The notes under the pieces are model-generated. The model was not told the DNA's origin. It saw nothing but the letters and a program-made list of their open reading frames with translations, and searched no databases. Both the position numbers and the translations under genes were made by a program. This document shows, piece after piece, positions 25,609-31,386 of a stretch of DNA of 31,386 nt (its first letter is position 1; the number at the start of each line of letters is the position of its first letter). The stretch lies in the IMG/VR virus record IMGVR_UViG_2713896900_000011; one strand, written 5' to 3'. Source of the stretch: a virus (taxonomy: Duplodnaviria; Heunggongvirae; Uroviricota; Caudoviricetes).

Positions 25609-27888
25609 TCACTCCATTACTGTTGAGAATCCCGGCCACTCATCAGCGACCGGATACGTGAATTTTTTCCCGTCATAATTTACGGTCGCGCCACGCGCCA
25701 GCGCCTCAAGCTCCCATCGCTGCGGCCTGATACCGTTCTGAGCAAGGTCAACGCGGATACGGGTAATTTGCATTCTTTCCGACCGGGTCAGTCTGGCCGA
25801 TGGTGCAATTTCATGTGGTTTTAACGGGCTTCCGTTTCTTTGCTGACGACTTGGCGTTCTCCGACCGTGTTTTAATGCACCTCTGAGCGCCCTCACGACC
25901 TCCGGGTCACTCCATTCGATAACACCGTCATCAACCAGATTAAGCACTGCTGCGGCGTGCTCAGAAGGTGTGGGAGCCGGTAACGAAGTATCACCACCGG
26001 TGAGTTTTCCACAGTTATTGACAGGACTCCGAGGCGCGGCGATGCCGCTTTTTAACGTCAAAGGCTCAACGACCGGCACTTTCGGAACAATGCGCCAGTC
26101 CGTCGTTCTGGTGATATGAATATGACGCGCGCCGAGATGCGGCGCGTAAATGCCGACCACTCTCTCGACTTCTTCCTCGTACTCGTTAACTTCATCCGAC
26201 GGGCTACGGGCGACTCTGACAGTCTGGCAATCACGCGGAACATTTGCCCCACCCTGCGCGCTGATATACAACGCAAAATCACCACTGTCTGCGGCGGCAC
26301 GTGCAGCCTCAACGCGTTCGTCAAACTCATCAGCAATGCTGACGCCGCGAGGCAATTTGCGTAGTTCACGGTAAGCCCCCATTGTCGGCAGACCAACCGT
26401 TTTAAATTGCGGAATGCGCCACGTTGACGCCCATGCGGTAACAGCAGCAGCTGTGTCTTTCAGCGGCCTGCCGGTATCGTTATCGAGCTGCCCATCCAGT
26501 GCATAGCCGTCGATGTTTTTTGAAATGTATTTCGCGATATATCCCGCTGCACCGCCCCGGTTAAGGTGTTTTGCCTGAAAACGGTTTCGCGCGGCTCCTC
26601 TTTCGTCGCCATCCTCTTTGAGCGCATAGCGACGCATGATTTCGATAATCTGGTTACGCTGGCGTGGATTACAAAAAAGCATCATATGCCAGTGCGGTGT
26701 TCCATCGTGGTGTGGCTCGACGACTCGCAAACCGTAGACCTGTAAATCATTATCCTTGAATGCCGTGCGCATCAGGCTCCAGATACGGCAGAGATAACGC
26801 TGCGCATCCTTTGGATTAAATGCCTCATCGTTCCAGCCGTGATTTAGCTGGACGGTTTTACTTTCGCCTTTTCCGACCTGACGTGTCGGGTGATACTTTG
26901 ACGGCGTGGTCAGCGTGATAAACATCCCCACATCGCCCTCTGCGGCGGCGTAACGCTCAATACCGGCAATGGTGTTCATCAGCTCCATCCGGCGAATTTC
27001 TGGATTAGAAATACTGCCCATCACCTTACTGATAAGGTCGATGCGCTCGCCGGTTTCCCTGTTTTCAAGGTCACACGATTTAAGAAATTCCAGATTTGCC
27101 TGGCGGCGTGCACGCACATCACGAATGGCATGTTTACTGGCATAAGGAGAACGGTCTTTATTGACCTCCCCGACAGCAATCAGTAACGCCTCATGCCAGC
27201 GCATACGCTGGCCTTTAAGCTGACTAATCCACCACTCATCGTTAAACAGACGGGCAATGGCAGAATATGCCTGCCTCGTGGTCATCTGTCCTTTACGGTA
27301 TTTTTTCCAGTAGAGAGGGGAAATATTGAAAGCACGTGCAGCGCCAGCAACATGACCATAGAGGTGAGCCTGCGCCTCATCCGTAAACAGCGATTCTTTT
27401 TCGCCATGCGCATCCACCCAGGCATCGCAGAGTTCCTCATACATCATGAAAAGCTGCGATGAAATACGGGCGGCAAACTTTTTCAGCTCCTTATCATTCA
27501 TCCCCGGCAGACGCGCATAATGGTCACGCTCTACCAGAAACAGCAACGACGCGTCGGTATTCATTTCATGGCGCTGATTCACGCGCTCAATGCGCGGCCA
27601 TAAACGACGCTGAAAAGTGGATGTGAGGAAATAAAACCCGTGCACCGGGCTTTTATTGCGCCGGATGTAGTCATAGCGTGAAGTAAACAGCGAACGCAAA
27701 AAGTAAGGCAGGCGGTTAATCGTGGATAAAACACCTTGCACCTGACGCATCTCGTCACGTGTAAGGGGTCTTTCGCGCCCGACGGCCTCGCGTGGCGCGT
27801 TCCATGCATAAGCACCGGTAAACGTCTTACCGGTGCCTGCGGCAAATGCTGACGGAGGGACAAAATGCCCGGAGGCTTTAACGGCCAT
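25609..27888 (-). CDS. A: Replication initiation protein A (rolling-circle initiator, about 759 aa)
   Basis: The start MAVKASGHFVPPSAFAAGTGK... matches my recollection of the P2 gpA N-terminus (P2 gpA is 761 aa). The track's ORF starts 14 codons upstream at 27930. Confidence 0.85.
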   Translation of the reverse strand: MAVKASGHFVPPSAFAAGTGKTFTGAYAWNAPREAVGRERPLTRDEMRQVQGVLSTINRLPYFLRSLFTSRYDYIRRNKSPVHGFYFLTSTFQRRLWPRIERVNQRHEMNTDASLLFLVERDHYARLPGMNDKELKKFAARISSQLFMMYEELCDAWVDAHGEKESLFTDEAQAHLYGHVAGAARAFNISPLYWKKYRKGQMTTRQAYSAIARLFNDEWWISQLKGQRMRWHEALLIAVGEVNKDRSPYASKHAIRDVRARRQANLEFLKSCDLENRETGERIDLISKVMGSISNPEIRRMELMNTIAGIERYAAAEGDVGMFITLTTPSKYHPTRQVGKGESKTVQLNHGWNDEAFNPKDAQRYLCRIWSLMRTAFKDNDLQVYGLRVVEPHHDGTPHWHMMLFCNPRQRNQIIEIMRRYALKEDGDERGAARNRFQAKHLNRGGAAGYIAKYISKNIDGYALDGQLDNDTGRPLKDTAAAVTAWASTWRIPQFKTVGLPTMGAYRELRKLPRGVSIADEFDERVEAARAAADSGDFALYISAQGGANVPRDCQTVRVARSPSDEVNEYEEEVERVVGIYAPHLGARHIHITRTTDWRIVPKVPVVEPLTLKSGIAAPRSPVNNCGKLTGGDTSLPAPTPSEHAAAVLNLVDDGVIEWSDPEVVRALRGALKHGRRTPSRQQRNGSPLKPHEIAPSARLTRSERMQITRIRVDLAQNGIRPQRWELEALARGATVNYDGKKFTYPVADEWPGFSTVME

Positions 27889-28153
27889 GTGAGCCAAAAG
27901 CCTCTGAACAACGCTTGCTGAGTTGCTCAACCTGCGCGTTTAAATCAGCAAAAGATTTTGCGCTTCCGGTCAGAATATCGTGATGCATCATGCCGGAAAC
28001 GAGCTGGCTTAATTTCGGGTAATAACCAACCACCGCCAGCCATTCCTGACCGGCGTTTTTACCGCTTTCCGCTCTCTTTTTCTCGTGGAGAATAAACTGA
28101 AAGCTGTCACTGGTAACGACATAACGTTCGCCAACTTCGATACGAATACTCAT
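27878..28153 (-). CDS. Hypothetical early-operon protein (91 aa)
   Basis: A small ORF directly upstream of A on the same strand, in the position of the P2 orf80-83 cluster. Confidence 0.5.
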   Translation of the reverse strand: MSIRIEVGERYVVTSDSFQFILHEKKRAESGKNAGQEWLAVVGYYPKLSQLVSGMMHHDILTGSAKSFADLNAQVEQLSKRCSEAFGSHGR

Positions 28154-28374
28154 GCCATTCTCCGGTAATGCTTGTTTTTTGCTTCAAAGACTGACTGGCA
28201 GGAAACACAACGCGTGGCTGACGGATAAGCCGCACGACGGGCAGCAGGTATTGGCGCATCACACTCTTCGCAAACCAGCGCAGAAGCACAGCAATGTTTT
28301 ACCCTTGCCGCGTTAATCTGGCGCTCCAGTAATTCAGCCTGTTGTTCCTGAATGAAATCTACGTTGTCCGGCAT
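28150..28374 (-). CDS. DksA/TraR-like C4 zinc-finger protein (74 aa)
   Basis: It has a C-x2-C ... C-x2-C arrangement (CEECDAPIPAARRAAYPSATRCVSCQ) typical of the TraR/DksA zinc-finger family, and sits in the early operon between B and A. Confidence 0.6.
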   Translation of the reverse strand: MPDNVDFIQEQQAELLERQINAARVKHCCASALVCEECDAPIPAARRAAYPSATRCVSCQSVFEAKNKHYRRMA

Positions 28375-28679
28375 TACCAGTTCCTTTTGTCGTTCAGTTT
28401 CTTAAATTCATCAGCGCAATAGCTGGCGATTTCTGTCGTTAATTTTGTCAGTTCATCCACGGAGGAAATTTGCTTGTGAAATACAGCGCGTTTAACAAGT
28501 AAATTGACCACATCAGACAGGAGGTTTAATTCATTCTGATAAATCGCGATAACAGATTCAGTTATGTCGCGTTTTTCTTTATCAAGACAAAGTTGAATAA
28601 GAGACAAATCGCCATTTTTCATAACGGCGATTTTTAAGGCGTTATTCAGTAATACAACTGAATGAGAACAGGACATCAA
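28374..28679 (-). CDS. Hypothetical early-operon protein (101 aa)
   Basis: A contiguous small ORF in the B-A interval with a start/stop overlap to its neighbour; it looks somewhat AT-rich. Confidence 0.45.
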   Translation of the reverse strand: MMSCSHSVVLLNNALKIAVMKNGDLSLIQLCLDKEKRDITESVIAIYQNELNLLSDVVNLLVKRAVFHKQISSVDELTKLTTEIASYCADEFKKLNDKRNW

Positions 28680-28900
28680 AGCACCTCCCCGCGAGACAAT
28701 CCGATATTGTGAAATTTTTCCGACTCCTGACTGAGCAGCTCGACTATCTCCACGCGGGATAACTCCGCCTTTGTGATATGGCGAATCATGGCGTCAAGAT
28801 GAGAAGAAAAGCGCGTCGCAGCATCGGCCTGTGCTTCGGTTCTGGCCTGTTGCAGCAGTAATGCGTATTTACCGCACTGATTTTCAGAAACTGTATGCAT
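28676..28900 (-). CDS. Hypothetical early-operon protein (74 aa)
   Basis: A contiguous small ORF downstream of B on the same strand. Confidence 0.45.
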   Translation of the reverse strand: MHTVSENQCGKYALLLQQARTEAQADAATRFSSHLDAMIRHITKAELSRVEIVELLSQESEKFHNIGLSRGEVL

Positions 28901-28963
28901 GACTTTCTCCAGGCAAAAAGAAGCCCCGCACGATTAAGTGCGTTAAAAACTCTGGTTAATTAC

Positions 28964-29464
28964 TTAATGCAGATATTGCTCTGGTTTTACCGATGTCAGA
29001 ATTGTCGGTGCATACTCAAACAGGCTGAATAATTCACGTAATGCACGGAATAAAGCATCACGCCAGTAACATGATTCTTCATTAATTCGCCAGTACGGCT
29101 GGTTGAATTCTTTTTCTGTCAGTCGAGCGTGCATAAATAAAGTACGACGCTGGCTGACTGTTAAAAAACTAATATATGCATACTCACTTGCACCAACCTG
29201 ACGGCGTTTTGAGAATGCGCCACGCAATTCATCAATTGCACAAACCAGTCGTTCACGTTCGACGTCGTTCATTTCTTCAAAACGCATCGTTGCGTGACGC
29301 TGTTTTAACTGTGCATGAAAGCAAACCGTTAGCCGTTCGCGCTCCATCATCTGATTATAATAATCACATGTATCCTGCCAGCGAGGGACGGCAAGATGCT
29401 TGCCAATTATCCGGCGCATAGCTGCTGGCTGTTTTTCAACGAGATTGAGCGTCATCACTGTCAT
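28964..29464 (-). CDS. B: Replication protein B (166 aa)
   Basis: Size and synteny match P2 gpB (166 aa), between cox and A. Confidence 0.85.
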   Translation of the reverse strand: MTVMTLNLVEKQPAAMRRIIGKHLAVPRWQDTCDYYNQMMERERLTVCFHAQLKQRHATMRFEEMNDVERERLVCAIDELRGAFSKRRQVGASEYAYISFLTVSQRRTLFMHARLTEKEFNQPYWRINEESCYWRDALFRALRELFSLFEYAPTILTSVKPEQYLH

Positions 29465-29658
29465 TTCCAGACCCTCCGGCTTTTCAGAAAGGTCAGAGCC
29501 TTTTTTAACGGACTCTGTTTTTTGGTGCGGATAATGATTCCCTTGCGTCCCTTCCCGTGGGTGATGGTGAAGTCAATCGCCCTTGGGCTTTCGTTACGCA
29601 ATAACTGAGCAATACAACGCGGCTCATTCATAATCACAACCCCATCCACAAAAGCCAT
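29461..29658 (-). CDS. Hypothetical small protein (65 aa) between cox and B
   Basis: A small basic ORF with start/stop overlaps to both neighbours, in the position of P2 orf78. Confidence 0.45.
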   Translation of the reverse strand: MAFVDGVVIMNEPRCIAQLLRNESPRAIDFTITHGKGRKGIIIRTKKQSPLKKALTFLKSRRVWK

Positions 29659-29921
29659 GCATCACGCTGTTCAACCGGTCGGTTATAAAACGCCTCACGT
29701 ACAGCGCGATTAAACTCAGGAATGAAAACCCATTTTTCACCGGCACGAGCCTTCGGTTTGCAAGGATCACGCAATTCAATAATTGGTAATTTATTTGCCT
29801 TCACCATTTCACTGACGGCTGTCTTTGGCTTCCCTAATAAATCAGCAAATTTATCCACATGAACCGCATCAAGCGGATACTGAATCACATAATTTTCAGC
29901 GTCCATATATGGTACCCTCAT
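29634..29921 (-). CDS. cox: Cox (excisionase / repressor of the lysogenic promoter), about 90-95 aa
   Basis: The C-terminal half (...GEKWVFIPEFN...RDAWLLWMGL) resembles P2 Cox (...GEYWVYLPAWN...RDGWLMWLGL) as I remember it. It is the first gene of the early operon, divergent from C. The start may be the internal MDAENY. Confidence 0.8.
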   Translation of the reverse strand: MRVPYMDAENYVIQYPLDAVHVDKFADLLGKPKTAVSEMVKANKLPIIELRDPCKPKARAGEKWVFIPEFNRAVREAFYNRPVEQRDAWLLWMGL

Positions 29922-30042
29922 AGGATCCAGCCCTTTCTAAACCACTCAAAACCGTTTAGACGCTGGTTTATTCTCAAATCAATGGAACCTATATAGGTTC
30001 CAGTTTTGAGGGAATTTAGTCCCTATATAGGCACCATGTCAA
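29922..30042. promoter_or_regulatory. Immunity switch region (divergent Pe/Pc) with two CCTATATAGG palindromes
   Basis: An 18-bp perfect palindrome GGAACCTATATAGGTTCC at 29984-30001 and a second CCTATATAGG at 30022-30031, 34 bp apart, in the 121-bp gap between divergent cox and C. Confidence 0.6.
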
Positions 30043-30336
30043 ATGAAATTAAGCGAAAAGATTAAGGCCTTGCGTGAGGCTGAAGGGCTAAGCCAATCAA
30101 AATTCTGTGAAATCATAGAGTTACCGCTAAGCACACTTAAAAAATATGAAGGAGGAAACTTTGAACCCGGTGGCACAGCTTTGCTAAAAATCACTATGCA
30201 TCCCACATTCCAAAAATATGCTCTATGGCTTATGACAGATAAAACCGCGCCGGACGCAGGACAAATCGCACCGGCTCTCGCGCACATTGGGCCAGAGTCA
30301 ACAGAGTCCAACCACTCCGCGAAAAGGATTGGCTAA
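30043..30336 (+). CDS. C: Immunity repressor C (97 aa)
   Basis: The size and the C-terminal motif (...FQKYALWLMTDKTAPDAGQIAPALAHIGPE...) match P2 C repressor (...FTKYTLWFMTNQIAPESGQIAPALAHFGQ...) as I remember it. It is divergent from cox and upstream of int. Confidence 0.85.
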   Translation: MKLSEKIKALREAEGLSQSKFCEIIELPLSTLKKYEGGNFEPGGTALLKITMHPTFQKYALWLMTDKTAPDAGQIAPALAHIGPESTESNHSAKRIG

Positions 30337-30405
30337 CTCTATATAAAGATTACATTTTCACCATTTGCTACCAAGATGGTGAATACAGCGCCGGAGGGCT
30401 TTCTT

Positions 30406-31386
30406 ATGGCAATTAAGAAGCTCGATGATGGTCGCTATGAAGTGGACATTAGACCTCGCGGTCGCGACGGAAAACGCATCCGCAGGAAATTCGAAAGAAA
30501 AGCTGAAGCACTAGCATTTGAGCGATACACAATCGCCAATGCCAGTCAGAAAGAATGGGGAGGCCAGCGAGCAGACCGCCGAACTTTGAGTGAGTTGCTG
30601 GACATCTGGTGGAAATATCACGGGCAAAACCACGAGCATGGAACAAAAGAGTTTAATCATCTACTCAAAACCATCAGCGGCATAGGTGATATACCAGTGA
30701 GCAGGATGAGCAAAAGGGCTTTGATGGATTATCGTTCCATGCGACTACGTGATGGTATCAGTGCCGCAACGATAAACCGTGACATGTACCGATTATCCGG
30801 CATGTTCACAAAATTAATTCAATTGGATGAATTTTCCGGGCAACATCCAATTCACGGACTGCCGCCACTGGCGGAGGCCAACCCTGAAATGACGTTCCTG
30901 GAAAAAGCAGAAATCGAAAAACTGTTAAATGTTTTGGCTGGTGATGACTTACTTGTCGCGCTTTTATGTCTGAGCACTGGAGGAAGATGGACGGAAGTTG
31001 CCACGCTAAAACCAGCACAGATTACAAATTGCAGGGTTACCTTCCTGAAAACCAAAAACGGTAAAAAGCGAACCGTGCCGATTTCTGAGGAACTGGAGAA
31101 AAAAGTTAAAGAGGAGGCCAGCGCCAAATTATTCAAAGTTGATTATGAGAAATTTTGCGGGATTTTACGCAGAGTGAAACCTGATATACCACCCAATCAG
31201 GCAACCCACATCCTGCGGCATACATTCGCAAGCCATTTCATGATGAATGGGGGCAATATAATCGCACTGCAACAGATTCTGGGACATGCGAGCATTCAGC
31301 AGACGATGGCCTATGCGCACCTTGCGCCTGACTACCTGCAAAATGCCGTCGCTCTGAATCCACTAAAAGGCGGAGTGACGTTATAA
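30406..31386 (+). CDS. int: Tyrosine integrase (about 326 aa)
   Basis: The C-terminus carries the tyrosine-recombinase catalytic region (...HILRHTFASHFMMNGGNIIALQQILGHASIQQTMAYAHL...). I prefer the ATG at 30406 (MAIKKLDDGRYEV...) because it has a GGAGGG Shine-Dalgarno; the track's start is 30376. The gene ends at the last base of the window. Confidence 0.85.
   Translation: MAIKKLDDGRYEVDIRPRGRDGKRIRRKFERKAEALAFERYTIANASQKEWGGQRADRRTLSELLDIWWKYHGQNHEHGTKEFNHLLKTISGIGDIPVSRMSKRALMDYRSMRLRDGISAATINRDMYRLSGMFTKLIQLDEFSGQHPIHGLPPLAEANPEMTFLEKAEIEKLLNVLAGDDLLVALLCLSTGGRWTEVATLKPAQITNCRVTFLKTKNGKKRTVPISEELEKKVKEEASAKLFKVDYEKFCGILRRVKPDIPPNQATHILRHTFASHFMMNGGNIIALQQILGHASIQQTMAYAHLAPDYLQNAVALNPLKGGVTL

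Noticed and set aside
29634-29922. An apparent 1-nt reading-frame discrepancy in cox when I translated by hand across 29880/29881.
   Set aside because: The ORF track gives an intact 95-aa Cox ORF with consistent coordinates on both sides, so this is most likely my counting error and not a real frameshift or pseudogene. It would only matter if resequencing confirmed an extra C.
1-31386. tRNA, rRNA, CRISPR arrays, IS elements or transposase genes.
   Set aside because: I saw no cloverleaf-like tRNA candidates, repeat-spacer arrays, terminal inverted repeats or transposase-like ORFs; the only recombinase is the phage integrase.

Overview
The window is essentially one near-complete P2-like temperate myovirus prophage, running from ogr at the window start to the integrase at the window end. 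Gene order and protein sizes track the P2 backbone: ogr, tail genes D-U-T-E/E'-FII-FI, tail fiber/baseplate genes G-H-I-J-W-V, tail completion S-R, the lysis cassette lysC/lysB/lysA/K/Y, head genes X-L-M-N-O, divergent terminase P and portal Q, the cos site, replication genes A and B, cox, the C repressor and int. The attachment sites must lie just outside both window edges. Two visibly AT-rich cargo insertions interrupt the GC-rich backbone at positions known to be variable in P2-like phages. The first is a single 368-aa gene between FI and G (6903-8009, + strand), the slot held by Z/fun in P2. The second is a tightly coupled three-gene operon between Q and cos (22220-24480, - strand), near where P2 carries tin/old. 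The three-gene operon has no domain I can recognise with confidence, apart from a possible PD-(D/E)xK-like motif in its last gene, and is the best candidate here for an undescribed anti-phage (defense/abortive-infection) system; the single gene shows DUF3800-like motifs. Functional assignments rest on my recognition of P2 protein sequences and sizes from the translated ORF track; no database search was run. Several ORF-track starts appear to be upstream non-ATG extensions, and I have trimmed them to the first ATG with a Shine-Dalgarno where I could read it.
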